Origin: Desulfarculus sp.
GTDB taxonomy: Bacteria > Desulfobacterota > Desulfarculia > Desulfarculales > Desulfarculaceae
Assembly (NCBI GenBank): GCA_016218705.1
Contig: JACRDC010000049.1
Coordinates: 21,660-85,659, forward strand
Length of the DNA: 64,000 nucleotides
Direction of reading: 5' to 3'
The notes beneath the pieces were generated by a model. The model ran no database searches and was not told the DNA's origin. It saw only the letters and a program-made list of their open reading frames with translations. The position numbers and the translations under genes are program-made. Positions 9,707-19,057 of the stretch are shown here, in pieces (positions within the stretch are counted from its first letter, which is position 1; the number at the start of each line of letters is the position of its first letter).

Positions 9707-10369
9707 CTAGATGGACCCGAAGTAGGTCTTCTCGATCAGCTCGAAGTTGCGCTTGATGTTCTCGGCGCCTTTGAGCATGGGGCCGTGGCCGGGCAGCAGC
9801 CATTGCAGGTCGAGCGCGGCCATGCGCTGGATGGACTCTTTGAGCGCCGCGCCGTCGCCGCCAGGGAAGTCCACGCGGCCCACCCCCTGGGCGAAGATCA
9901 AATCGCCGGCAAATAGCGCCTTGTGCCGGGGCCAGTACAGGCAAATGTGCCCCGGCGAGTGGCCGGGTGTGTGCAGCACCTCAAAGGCCTCCTGGCCGGC
10001 CTTGAGCTCGCCCTCTTCCAGCAGGATGTCCATTTGCATCTCGGGCAGGCTCATGCCCAGGGAGGCGGCCATCTGGCGGCCTTCCTTGTCCAGATAGGCC
10101 ACCTCGCGGGCGTGCATGGCCACGCGCAGGCCGGCCTTTTGCAGGGGCAGGGCTGCTTCCAGGTGGTCGGGGTGGCAGTGGGTGAGCACCACCAACTGGG
10201 GCGGCTGGCTGATGCCGTCCTGGCCCAGGCCCCGTTGCACGTGGGCAAACAGCCGGGTGTGGCCGGGGTCTATGAGTATGGGCAGATCGCCGCCGGCCAG
10301 ATAGGCGTTGCAGTTGTTGGCCGAGGGCTGGGTCCAGGGGTAGGCGTAAAGGTCGTCGGCTAGCTTCAT
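9707..10369 (-). CDS. MBL-fold metallo-hydrolase
   Basis: THCHPDH, HTPGHSPGH, AGDLIF, PGHG motifs; start MKLADD at 10369. Confidence 0.9.
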   Translation of the reverse strand: MKLADDLYAYPWTQPSANNCNAYLAGGDLPILIDPGHTRLFAHVQRGLGQDGISQPPQLVVLTHCHPDHLEAALPLQKAGLRVAMHAREVAYLDKEGRQMAASLGMSLPEMQMDILLEEGELKAGQEAFEVLHTPGHSPGHICLYWPRHKALFAGDLIFAQGVGRVDFPGGDGAALKESIQRMAALDLQWLLPGHGPMLKGAENIKRNFELIEKTYFGSI

Positions 10370-10463
10370 GGGGCTTCCAATCTCTGTTATTATGGCTGCT
10401 CCAAGTCTGTAGCCAGCGGCCCGGCCTGTCAATCACTTGTGTGCCCTGGCCTGGAGGACGCCC

Positions 10464-10859
10464 ATGCCCATGCTGGAGATCGCCACCAATGGCCGAAGCC
10501 AGGCCCTGGACATCACCCGCCAGGTGCAGCAGGCCGTGAGCGCCTCGGGGGTGGGGGAGGGCTGGGCCACGGTCTACGTGCCCCATACCACCGCCGGGGT
10601 GGCCATCAACGAGGCCGCCGACCCCGACGTCATGGCCGACGTGCTCATGACCCTGGAGCGTCTGGTGCCCTGGCAGGGCGGCTTTCGCCACGCCGAGGGC
10701 AACTCCGCCGCCCACGTCAAATCCATACTGGTGGGCTCCAGCGTGCGGGTGCCGGTGGGCGGTGGCCGTTTACTGCTGGGCACCTGGCAGGGCATCTTCT
10801 TCATGGAGTTCGACGGCCCCCGCCGCCGCACGGCCCGGGTGGAGGTGAGCCCGGCTTGA
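10464..10859 (+). CDS. YjbQ/UPF0047 family protein
   Basis: PHTTAG, HAEGNSAAHVK, LGTWQGIFF.EFDGPR. Confidence 0.9.
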   Translation: MPMLEIATNGRSQALDITRQVQQAVSASGVGEGWATVYVPHTTAGVAINEAADPDVMADVLMTLERLVPWQGGFRHAEGNSAAHVKSILVGSSVRVPVGGGRLLLGTWQGIFFMEFDGPRRRTARVEVSPA

Positions 10860-10961
10860 CGGCCCGGTGTATATATGGTCTGGGCCGCCGCGCGTCCGTG
10901 TTAACATTCTAGGATAAATGCCCCACCACCAGGGGTGGCCGGGCAATTACGGGAGTCAGGC

Positions 10962-11717
10962 GTGAAGATTGATCTCGAAGAGGCCTTGAACCAACTCGAC
11001 AGCATGCGCGAGTTGGACAGCGACGAGGGCGTGGCCAACGCCCTGCTGAAGGTGGCGGTGGCCTATCTGGAGCGGGGCAGGGCGGCGCTGGCCACCGAGC
11101 CCCTGGACGAGGCCTATTACCACTGCCGCAAGCTGGACAACGACCTGGGCCGCGCCCACGTCAGTCTGCGCCAGGGCCAGATGGAACTGATGCTGGGCCG
11201 GTTCCCGGAGGCGATTGCCAAGTACCGCGAGGCCCTGGGGGTCTTTGCGGCCCAGGAGCACCCCTCCGGCCAGGTGGGCGCCCTGGAGGGGCTGGCCCAG
11301 GCCCAGGCCGCCGCCGGGGACGTGGCCGGAGCGGCGGCGAGCCTGGAGCAGGCCCTGGAGCTGGCGGGGCAGGGCGGCGACAAGGTGGCCCAGGTGCTCC
11401 TGCGCCAGTACCTGGCCCCTCTGTACCGCCACCTGGACCGGCCCGGTCAGGCCCTGGAGGTTTATCTGGAGATGGGGCGCCTGGCCCAGGAACTGGGGGA
11501 CCTGCAGCGGGTGGCCCTGGCCCTGGTGGGCGTGGCCAGCATGCAAGCCGTCACCGGCCAGACGGGCACGGCGCTCAAGAACCTGGAGCAGGCCCATAGG
11601 GCCTATCAAGAACTGGGGCAGATGGCCCGCGCCCAGCAGGTGGAGCAGGAGATGGCGCGATTGCGGGCCGCGGGGGAAGGGCAATCAAGCGATAACCAGG
11701 AGGTGAGCGATGACTAA
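10962..11717 (+). CDS. Tetratricopeptide-repeat protein
   Basis: Repeated helical A/L-rich TPR-like units; GTG start after GGGAG. Confidence 0.75.
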   Translation: MKIDLEEALNQLDSMRELDSDEGVANALLKVAVAYLERGRAALATEPLDEAYYHCRKLDNDLGRAHVSLRQGQMELMLGRFPEAIAKYREALGVFAAQEHPSGQVGALEGLAQAQAAAGDVAGAAASLEQALELAGQGGDKVAQVLLRQYLAPLYRHLDRPGQALEVYLEMGRLAQELGDLQRVALALVGVASMQAVTGQTGTALKNLEQAHRAYQELGQMARAQQVEQEMARLRAAGEGQSSDNQEVSDD

Positions 11718-12405
11718 ATGCTGGGGACTGGTGGCCGGCATGGTCGGGTTGTTGGTGGCGGCGGCCTTTGGCCCGGCTTATGCGGGCAGCAAGTCCGAGG
11801 CCAACCTCAAGACGACCGAGGCCCAGGTGGTGATGGAGCAGGTCATGTCCTCCGGCGACGCCTCCATACCCCAGGACCTGCTGCAAAAGGCCAAGGCCGT
11901 GGCCATCTTCCCGGACATGGTCAAGGCCGGCTTCCTGGTGGGCGGCCAGTACGGCACCGGAGTGGTCATGACCCGCCGGGACGACGGCTCCTGGGGTCCG
12001 CCGGCCTTCTTCACCATGGGCGGGGTGAGCTTCGGGCTGCAATTGGGGGCCCAGGCCGCCGACGTGGTGCTGGTCATCATGAAGCAGCGGGGCCTGGATG
12101 GGCTTTTGACCAACAAGATCAGGTTCGGGGCCGATCTGGGCGTGGCCGTGGGGCCGGTGGGGCGCCGGGGCGAGGCCAGCATCTCTGCGGCCAGCGGCTA
12201 TGCCGACGCCTATTCCTACTCGCGCACCAAGGGCCTGTTCGCGGGACTGTCCCTGGAGGGCGGGGGCATTGAGTATGACGCCCAGACCACGTCCGCCTTC
12301 TATGGCAAGAGCCTGAAGGCGCGCGACGTGCTCAAGGGCGGCAAGGTCTCGCCCCCGGAGCCGGCCCGGACCCTGATGAAGACCATGGACAGCTTCGCGC
12401 GCTAG
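11710..12405 (+). CDS. Lipid-binding SYLF/Ysc84 domain protein, exported
   Basis: Signal peptide; KAGFLVGGQYGTG, SFGLQLG, YSRTKGLFAGLSLEG. Confidence 0.88.
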   Translation: MTKCWGLVAGMVGLLVAAAFGPAYAGSKSEANLKTTEAQVVMEQVMSSGDASIPQDLLQKAKAVAIFPDMVKAGFLVGGQYGTGVVMTRRDDGSWGPPAFFTMGGVSFGLQLGAQAADVVLVIMKQRGLDGLLTNKIRFGADLGVAVGPVGRRGEASISAASGYADAYSYSRTKGLFAGLSLEGGGIEYDAQTTSAFYGKSLKARDVLKGGKVSPPEPARTLMKTMDSFAR

Positions 12406-12517
12406 CCGGCGCGCCCGGGCCAAGGGGCTAATGGCCCTCTTGGCCCTGTTCGTACACTGGCCGGCTGGGGCGCCGCAAGGCCCCGGCCGGCTTTTCTCAA
12501 CCCGTGGGGCCGGGGGC

Positions 12518-12787
12518 CTAGCAGGTGCCGCAGCCCTTGGCCCGGTGGTCGTCGTACCATGACCTGACCAGTTGCCTTAGCTCCCCACGCTCCAGCTTGA
12601 GCATCTGGCCGATTTCGGCCTTGGTCAGGATGCCGGTGAAAAAGCCAAATTTGCACAGGAAGATCAGGCCTTCGCGGTCTGGCCCCTTCACCTTGCCCTC
12701 GATCCAGGGGGCCACGCCCTGGGCCTCGATACGCTGCAATAGCCTATCATAGCTATGGGAAATGCTGGGATCGTCGGTGATAAGCAT
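12518..12787 (-). CDS. Hypothetical 89-aa protein with C-terminal GCGTC, divergent from dsrA
   Basis: Protein-like composition unlike the GC shadow ORFs; terminal CxxC. Confidence 0.65.
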   Translation of the reverse strand: MLITDDPSISHSYDRLLQRIEAQGVAPWIEGKVKGPDREGLIFLCKFGFFTGILTKAEIGQMLKLERGELRQLVRSWYDDHRAKGCGTC

Positions 12788-12864
12788 TGTGCAATTCCGT
12801 TGGGTTTCAACTGGTTGATGTTAACCATTCAAGGGGATTAGGGCAACAAGAGCCGTCTTTTTTG

Positions 12865-12893
12865 TTGACATGCCCCTGGGGGGTTCCTATAAT
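12865..12893 (+). promoter_or_regulatory. Sigma70 promoter of dsrAB
   Basis: Exact TTGACA-17 bp-TATAAT. Confidence 0.85.
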
Positions 12894-13129
12894 CACGAGC
12901 ATTGTGAATATGGGGGCTTGTTTGTTCCCTATAGGAATCACGGCATTTTAGCCTCTACATGCCGACATCGCCGAGAACGCGGCGGCCACAGACGCCGGAG
13001 GCGGGGAGGCAGCAACAGGGGTTGATGCCCGGGCCTAGGGCGGCGGCATTGATTCCCCGCGGTCAGGGGCCGAGTTTTCGCGATTGAAACCATTGTCCCA
13101 CTTGCAACACTTAGCGGAGGTACTATTCC

Positions 13130-14401
13130 ATGGCGAAAAAGCATCAGACTCCGATGCTGGATGAGCTGGAAAAGGGACCTTGGCCTAGCTTCGTTACCGA
13201 CATCAAGCGTATGGCTGAGACCGGTAAAGATGCTTGCGCCGACCTTTTGGGCCAGCTGGAGCTCTCCTACAAGGATAAGGAGGGCCATTGGAAGCACGGC
13301 GGCATCGTGGGCGTGCTGGGTTATGGCGGCGGCGTCATAGGCCGTTACTCCGACGTTCCCGATCTCTTCCCCGGCGTCGAGCACTTCCACACCGTGCGCG
13401 TCAATCAGCCGGCGGCCAAGTACTACCACAGCGAGTCCATTCGCAAGATCATGGACATCTGGAACCGCCGCGGCTCGGGCATGCTCAACATGCACGGCTC
13501 CACCGGCGACATCATTATGCTCGGCGCCTTCACCGACGAGTTGGAGAACATCTTCGCCGAGCTGACCTCCCTGGGCTGGGACCTGGGCGGCTCGGGTTCG
13601 GCCCTGCGCACCCCCTCTTCCTGCCTGGGCCAGAGCCGGTGCGAGTTCGCCTGCATCAACGCCGAGGACATCTGCTACGACCTGACCCAGTCCTACCAGG
13701 ACGAGTTGCACCGTCCGGCCTGGCCCTACAAGTTCAAGTTCAAGGTGGACGGCTGCCCCAACTGCTGCGTGGCCTCCCTGGCCCGCTCCGACTGCGCCAT
13801 CATCGGTACCTGGCGTGACGACATCCGCATTGACAAGGCCGCCGTGGCCGCCTACGCCGCCGGCGAGTTCGCGGCCAATGGTGGCGCCCACGGCCAGGAC
13901 GTCAAACTGGACATCCAGAAGGACGTCTGTGACCTGTGCCCCACCCAGTGCATGGCCTGGGACGGCAAGACCTTGTCCATCAACAACAAAGAGTGCACCC
14001 GCTGCATGCACTGCATCAACATGATGCCGCGCGCCCTGCGTCCGGGCAAGGACACCGGCGCCAGCATCCTGGTGGGCGCCAAGGCCCCCATCCTCGACGG
14101 CGCCCAGATGGGCTCGGTTATCGTGCCCTTCATCAAGATGGAGCCACCCTACGAGGAGTTCAAAGAGTTCGTTGAAAAGATGTGGGAGTGGTGGGACGAG
14201 AACGGCAAGAACCGCGAGCGCATCGGTGAAACCATCCAGCGCCTGGGCCTGGGCACCTTCCTGGCTGCCGTGGAAGTGGAACCCGATCCCCGCCATGTCA
14301 AAGAGCCCCGCTCCAACCCCTACGTCTTCTACAAGGAGGACGAGGTGCCCGGCGGCTTCGACCGCAAGATCGAGGACTACCGCAAGCGTCACGCTCGCTA
14401 G
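13130..14401 (+). CDS. dsrA: Dissimilatory sulfite reductase alpha subunit
   Basis: TPMLDELEKGPWPSFV, HWKHGGIVGV.GYGGGVIGRY, siroheme/FeS Cys motifs CLGQSRC and GCPNCC. Confidence 0.99.
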   Translation: MAKKHQTPMLDELEKGPWPSFVTDIKRMAETGKDACADLLGQLELSYKDKEGHWKHGGIVGVLGYGGGVIGRYSDVPDLFPGVEHFHTVRVNQPAAKYYHSESIRKIMDIWNRRGSGMLNMHGSTGDIIMLGAFTDELENIFAELTSLGWDLGGSGSALRTPSSCLGQSRCEFACINAEDICYDLTQSYQDELHRPAWPYKFKFKVDGCPNCCVASLARSDCAIIGTWRDDIRIDKAAVAAYAAGEFAANGGAHGQDVKLDIQKDVCDLCPTQCMAWDGKTLSINNKECTRCMHCINMMPRALRPGKDTGASILVGAKAPILDGAQMGSVIVPFIKMEPPYEEFKEFVEKMWEWWDENGKNRERIGETIQRLGLGTFLAAVEVEPDPRHVKEPRSNPYVFYKEDEVPGGFDRKIEDYRKRHAR

Positions 14402-14425
14402 TCAGGGAAAAGGAGGATTCAATCC

Positions 14426-15499
14426 ATGGCAGAGCGACTTACTGATATCGGACCGCCTAAATACGATCTCTTTTGGCCCCAGGTCATCAAGGACAATGCC
14501 GGCAAGTGGTTGTACCACGACATCCTGGAGCCCGGCGTACTCCTGCACGTGTCCGAGACAGGCGCCAAGATCTGGAGCGTGCGTTGCGGCACCACCCGCC
14601 TCATGACCACCATGATGGTCGAGGATATCTGCAAGCTGGCCGACCAGTTCTGCGACGGCCACTTCCGGTTCACCACGCGTAACAACGTGGAGTTCCTGGT
14701 GGTGGACGAGTCCAAGCTTGAGCCCTTGAAGAAGGCCCTCAAAGCGGCCGGCAACCTGCCCATCGGCGGCACCGGCGCTAGCATCACCAACATCGTCCAC
14801 ACCCAGGGGTGGGTGCATTGCCACACTCCGGCCATTGACGCCTCCGGCGTGGTCAAGGCCGTCATGGACGATCTGTTCGAGTACTTCGGCTCCCACAAGA
14901 TGCCGGCCCAGGTCCGCATTTCGCTGGCCTGCTGCCTCAACATGTGCGGCGCCGTGCACTGCTCCGACATCGCCATCCTGGGCGTGCACCGCAAGCCTCC
15001 GGTTATCGAGCACACCCACTTGGACAAGATGTGCGAAATCCCCACCACCATCGCTTCTTGCCCCACCGCCGCCATCAAGCCGGCCAAGGTGGATGATTTC
15101 AAGAGCGTGGCGGTGAACGCCGACCGCTGCATGTTCTGCGGCAACTGCTACACCATGTGCCCCGCCATGCCGCTGGCCGACGCCGACGGCGACGGCATCG
15201 CCCTGTGGGTGGGCGGCAAGGTCAGCAACTCCAAGTCCATGCCCAAGTTCTCCAAGCTGGCCGTGCCCTTCATCCCCAACGAGCCCCCCCGTTGGCCCAC
15301 CACTGTCAAGATGGTGCGCCAGATCGTGGAGGCCTACGTGGCCGGCGCCAACCGCTACGAGCGTCTGGGCGAGTGGGCCGAGCGTATTGGCTGGGAGCGC
15401 TTCTTCGAGAAGACCGGCCTGGAGTTCACCCACCACCACATCGACGACTACCGCTTCGCGGCGACCACCTGGCGGACCTCCACCCAGTTCAAGTGGTAG
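14426..15499 (+). CDS. dsrB: Dissimilatory sulfite reductase beta subunit
   Basis: [55 protein letters not shown]. Confidence 0.99.
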   Translation: MAERLTDIGPPKYDLFWPQVIKDNAGKWLYHDILEPGVLLHVSETGAKIWSVRCGTTRLMTTMMVEDICKLADQFCDGHFRFTTRNNVEFLVVDESKLEPLKKALKAAGNLPIGGTGASITNIVHTQGWVHCHTPAIDASGVVKAVMDDLFEYFGSHKMPAQVRISLACCLNMCGAVHCSDIAILGVHRKPPVIEHTHLDKMCEIPTTIASCPTAAIKPAKVDDFKSVAVNADRCMFCGNCYTMCPAMPLADADGDGIALWVGGKVSNSKSMPKFSKLAVPFIPNEPPRWPTTVKMVRQIVEAYVAGANRYERLGEWAERIGWERFFEKTGLEFTHHHIDDYRFAATTWRTSTQFKW

Positions 15500-15540
15500 G
15501 ACCGCCGCAGGGTCGGTAGCCCCGATCCTTGGCATGAAAC

Positions 15541-15581
15541 CGCTACCCGGGGCCGTACAGCGGTCCCGGGTAGCGCATTTT
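15541..15581 (+). terminator. Stem-loop after dsrB (possible partial terminator)
   Basis: CGCTACCCGGG...CCCGGGTAGCG followed by a short T run. Confidence 0.55.
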
Positions 15582-15651
15582 ACCTCCCTGGGTTCCGGCG
15601 GCCTGGCCGGCGGCACCTCCAGGATCCTCAACTTACGCACGGAAAACCGCC

Positions 15652-16461
15652 GTGGCCGCCAAAAAGACCCTACTTAAAAACAATTACCAATTCCTGCTGC
15701 TGGGCTTTTTTGTGGCCCTGGCCGTGTACACGTATTTCCAAGACCGCGACAAGGAAGGCCCCGGCCGCTTCTTCGATGGCTACCAGGGCACCCTGGTGGT
15801 CCTGGACCTGCAAAGCGGGGAATACCAGCGCTTCAAGCCCGCCCAGGCGGCCAAGCGCCTGTCCCCCTGCTCCACCTTCAAGGTACCCAACGCCCTCATC
15901 GGCCTGGAGACGGGGGTGGTCTCCGGCCCGGACCACCTCTTGACCTGGGACGGGCAGCAGCGCCCCCTGGCGGCCTGGAACCAGAACCACACCCTGCATA
16001 CGGCCATGGAGAACTCGGTGGTGTGGTACTATCAGGAACTGGCCGCCGCCGTGGGGCCGGAGCGCATGGCCGAATACCTTAAAGCATTTGCTTACGGCAA
16101 TCAGGACGTCTCCGGGGGCATCTCTCGGTTTTGGCTGGGCAATAGCCTTCAAATCTCGGCTGACGAGCAGGTGGAGTTTTTACGCAAACTTTATGCGGAT
16201 GCCCTGCCCGCCCGGCCCGAGAACCAGGCCCTGGTGCGCGGCATGCTTGTGCTGCCCAAGACCGGCCAGGCCCAGCTCAGCGGTAAGACCGGCACCAACG
16301 TGGTCAACGGCAAGGCCACCCTGGGCTGGTTCGTGGGGCATGTGGCCAAGGACGGAAAGGCCCATGTCTTTGCCTGCAACATCGAGGCCGCCGACCAGGC
16401 CACCGGCGCCAAGGCCCGGCTGATCGTCGAGAAGGCCTTGCGGGCCAAGGGGTTGTTGTAG
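15652..16461 (+). CDS. Class D beta-lactamase-like (OXA/BlaR sensor fold) serine protein with N-terminal membrane anchor
   Basis: PCSTFK, SVV, YGN, FWL and KTGT motifs in canonical class D order. Confidence 0.88.
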   Translation: MAAKKTLLKNNYQFLLLGFFVALAVYTYFQDRDKEGPGRFFDGYQGTLVVLDLQSGEYQRFKPAQAAKRLSPCSTFKVPNALIGLETGVVSGPDHLLTWDGQQRPLAAWNQNHTLHTAMENSVVWYYQELAAAVGPERMAEYLKAFAYGNQDVSGGISRFWLGNSLQISADEQVEFLRKLYADALPARPENQALVRGMLVLPKTGQAQLSGKTGTNVVNGKATLGWFVGHVAKDGKAHVFACNIEAADQATGAKARLIVEKALRAKGLL

Positions 16462-17858
16462 TGGATCGGCCCCTGCCGCGCCTGGTGGTGGCCGCCCTCA
16501 GGGGGGGCTCGGGCAAGACCACCATAACCCTGGGGCTGATCCAGGCCCTGAAGAACCGCGGTCTGTCGGTCAAGCCATTTAAGAAGGGGCCCGACTACAT
16601 TGACCCCTTCTGGCACGGCGAGGCCGCCGGCACCCCCTGCCACAACCTGGACCCCTTCATGCTGGGCCGCGAGCAGGCGCTGGCCTCCTTCGGGCATTTC
16701 AGCCAGGGGTTCGAGGCGGCCCTGGTGGAGGGCAATCGGGGCCTTTTCGACGGCATGGACGCCACAGGCAGCCAATCCACGGCCGAGCTGGCCAAATGGC
16801 TGAAGGCCCCGGTGGTGCTGGTGGTGGACTGCTCCATGGCCAGCCGCACCGTGGCGGCGGTGGTGCTGGGCTGCCAGCGCTTCGACCCCGGCCTCAACCT
16901 GGCCGGGGTGGTGCTCAACCCGGTGGCCAACGCCCGCCAGGAGGGGGTCATCCGACGGGCCATCGAGGATACCACCGGCATCCCGGTGCTGGGGGCCGTG
17001 CCCCGGCTCAAGCTGTCCATGCCCGAGCGCCATATGGGCCTGTTGCCTCCCCAGGAGCACCGCCAGGTGGCCGATTCCCTGCGCCTGGCCGCCGAGGGCG
17101 TGGCCACCCACGTGGACGTGGAGGCCCTGTGGGGGCTGATGCGCTCGGCCCCGCCCTGGCCGGAGACGCCCCCGCCCCAGGGGTTGTTCCCCCCAGGGCC
17201 GCCAACCGGCGGCCGGCCATTGATCGGCGTGGTGCGCGACGCCGCCTTTGGCTTCTACTATCCCGAGAACCTGGACGCCCTGCAAAACCATGGCGCCCGC
17301 CTGGTCTTCTGCTCGGCCCTGGAGGATGCCGGCCTGCCCCCCGGCCTGGGGGCGTTGTACATCGGCGGCGGCTTTCCCGAGACCCACGCCAAGCTCCTGG
17401 CCGACAACCTGGCCTTCCGCCAGGCCATCCAGCGGGCGGCCAACCAGGGCCTGCCCATCTACGCCGAGTGCGGCGGCCTGATGTACCTGGGGCGCAATCT
17501 GCGGGTCGAGGGGCGAGCCTATCCCATGGCCGGGGTGTTTCCCCTGGACTTCGCCATGCAGAAGCGCCCCCAGGGGCACGGCTACACCCTCTGCCGGGTG
17601 GTGGGAGCCAACCCCTTCCTGCCCGTGGGCACCGAGTTCAAGGCCCACGAGTTCCACTACTCCCAGGCGCAAGCCCTGGAGGGCGCGGAATATAGCTTTG
17701 CGTACCAGGTGGTTAGGGGTCAGGGCCTCCTGGGGACCGGCGAGGGCCTCCGCCTCAACAACGTGCTGGGCACTTATCACCACGTACACGCCCTGGGCCT
17801 GCCCCAGTGGGCGCCCGGCCTGGTGCGGGCGGCCTCGGCCGGGGTAGAAGTTTCTTGA
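16461..17858 (+). CDS. dsrN: Siroheme amidase DsrN (cobyrinate a,c-diamide synthase family)
   Basis: GGSGKTT, FKKGPDYIDP, EGNRGLFDG, YAECGGLMYL, HEFHYS; inside dsr locus. Confidence 0.9.
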   Translation: MDRPLPRLVVAALRGGSGKTTITLGLIQALKNRGLSVKPFKKGPDYIDPFWHGEAAGTPCHNLDPFMLGREQALASFGHFSQGFEAALVEGNRGLFDGMDATGSQSTAELAKWLKAPVVLVVDCSMASRTVAAVVLGCQRFDPGLNLAGVVLNPVANARQEGVIRRAIEDTTGIPVLGAVPRLKLSMPERHMGLLPPQEHRQVADSLRLAAEGVATHVDVEALWGLMRSAPPWPETPPPQGLFPPGPPTGGRPLIGVVRDAAFGFYYPENLDALQNHGARLVFCSALEDAGLPPGLGALYIGGGFPETHAKLLADNLAFRQAIQRAANQGLPIYAECGGLMYLGRNLRVEGRAYPMAGVFPLDFAMQKRPQGHGYTLCRVVGANPFLPVGTEFKAHEFHYSQAQALEGAEYSFAYQVVRGQGLLGTGEGLRLNNVLGTYHHVHALGLPQWAPGLVRAASAGVEVS

Positions 17859-17883
17859 CAGGGTGGATGGCCGGCGATATGGT
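17855..17883 (+). promoter_or_regulatory. Putative internal sigma70 promoter for dsrD
   Basis: TTGACA-17 bp-TATGGT, about 50 bp upstream of dsrD. Confidence 0.55.
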
Positions 17884-17934
17884 GGGGTCTGTTATTTTTA
17901 GCAAAAGTACGCTAAGCCAAGGAGGTTAGAGGAT

Positions 17935-18165
17935 ATGTCAGACGTCAGAGCGTTGGTGTTGCAGGTCTTGGAGAAGAAGCAAAAACGCATGATGATGAAC
18001 GACCTGCTGAAGGAGGTCCAGAAGCTGGACGAGAGCGTAAAAAAGAAGGATATCAAGCCGGTTACCACCGAGATGATCAACGATGGTACCCTGGCCTACT
18101 GGTCCAGCGGCTCCACCACCTACTTCGCGCTGCCCGGCTCCAAGGCCCCCGAGGGCGAGGACTAG
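17935..18165 (+). CDS. dsrD: Dissimilatory sulfite reductase D
   Basis: 76 aa, Lys-rich, LAYWSSGSTTYFAL signature; AGGAGG RBS. Confidence 0.93.
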   Translation: MSDVRALVLQVLEKKQKRMMMNDLLKEVQKLDESVKKKDIKPVTTEMINDGTLAYWSSGSTTYFALPGSKAPEGED

Positions 18166-18334
18166 TCCTCGGCGTCCCCAGCCGGCGTCCCAAGCTTTTT
18201 TTAGGCCCCTTCCCCTGGGTCCGGTGCGCCGGTCCCAGGCGAAGGGGCCTTCTTGACCTGCCGGGCGGGCCAGGCCTGCCTACCTTCAAACAGCCGCCGC
18301 CGGCCCTTGGCTGGCGGGGCCAAGGCGCGAGCAT

Positions 18335-18976
18335 ATGTCCAAGATCGAGAATCCCAGCGGCATCCCCGACGACGACCTCATGCGCGAGGGGCTGATCGAC
18401 CGCCTGAGCCAGTACCTGGCCGCCGAGCCCGGGGCCTGGCACGTGCGCTACAATCTGGGGGTGGCCATGGCCCACGAGGGCCGCCTGGACGAGGCCCTGG
18501 AGCAGTTCGGGCTGGTACTGAAGGACGCCCCCAAGCACATGCAGAGCCTGGTCAATATCGGCGGCATCCACTTGTCGCGCGGCGACGCCGGCGAGGCCCT
18601 TAAGGCCTTCTCCTCGGCCTTGATGGTCTGGGACGTGCCCGTGGTGCGGGCCAACCTGGCCGTGGCCTACCTGCAACTGGACCGGCTGGAGGAGGCTGAG
18701 CGCGAGTTGCGCCGCGCCCTGGCCATGGACCCCAAGATGCCAGACGCGCTCACTAACTTGGGTAGCCTGCTGCTTCGGCGGGAGCGCTACGCCGAGTCGG
18801 CCGAGGCCAGCCGCCAGGCCCTGGAGCTGAGCCCGGATTTTGCCATGGCCTGCAACAACCTGGCCCTGGCGCTTCTGGCCCTGGAGCAGGTGGATCAGGC
18901 CCGGGAGCAGGCGGCCCGGGCCAAAGAGTTGGGCTACCCGGTGCACCCCGACCTGCTGGCCAGCCTGGGGTTATAG
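18335..18976 (+). CDS. TPR protein
   Basis: Multiple TPRs (YNLGVA, VNIGGI, ANLAVAY, TNLGSLL, NNLALAL). Confidence 0.88.
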   Translation: MSKIENPSGIPDDDLMREGLIDRLSQYLAAEPGAWHVRYNLGVAMAHEGRLDEALEQFGLVLKDAPKHMQSLVNIGGIHLSRGDAGEALKAFSSALMVWDVPVVRANLAVAYLQLDRLEEAERELRRALAMDPKMPDALTNLGSLLLRRERYAESAEASRQALELSPDFAMACNNLALALLALEQVDQAREQAARAKELGYPVHPDLLASLGL

Positions 18977-19057
18977 CAGTCTGTATTCAACAGCCTGCTA
19001 AGCCCTGCCTCCCGCCAACTCCTTCTGCGAGGCGGCAAGGGCCGAGCAAGAGGACGC

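Noticed and set aside
12518..12787. Possible DsrC
   Set aside because: Lacks the DsrC C-terminal C-x10-C arm (…AGLPKPTGCV); no dsrC seen in the window
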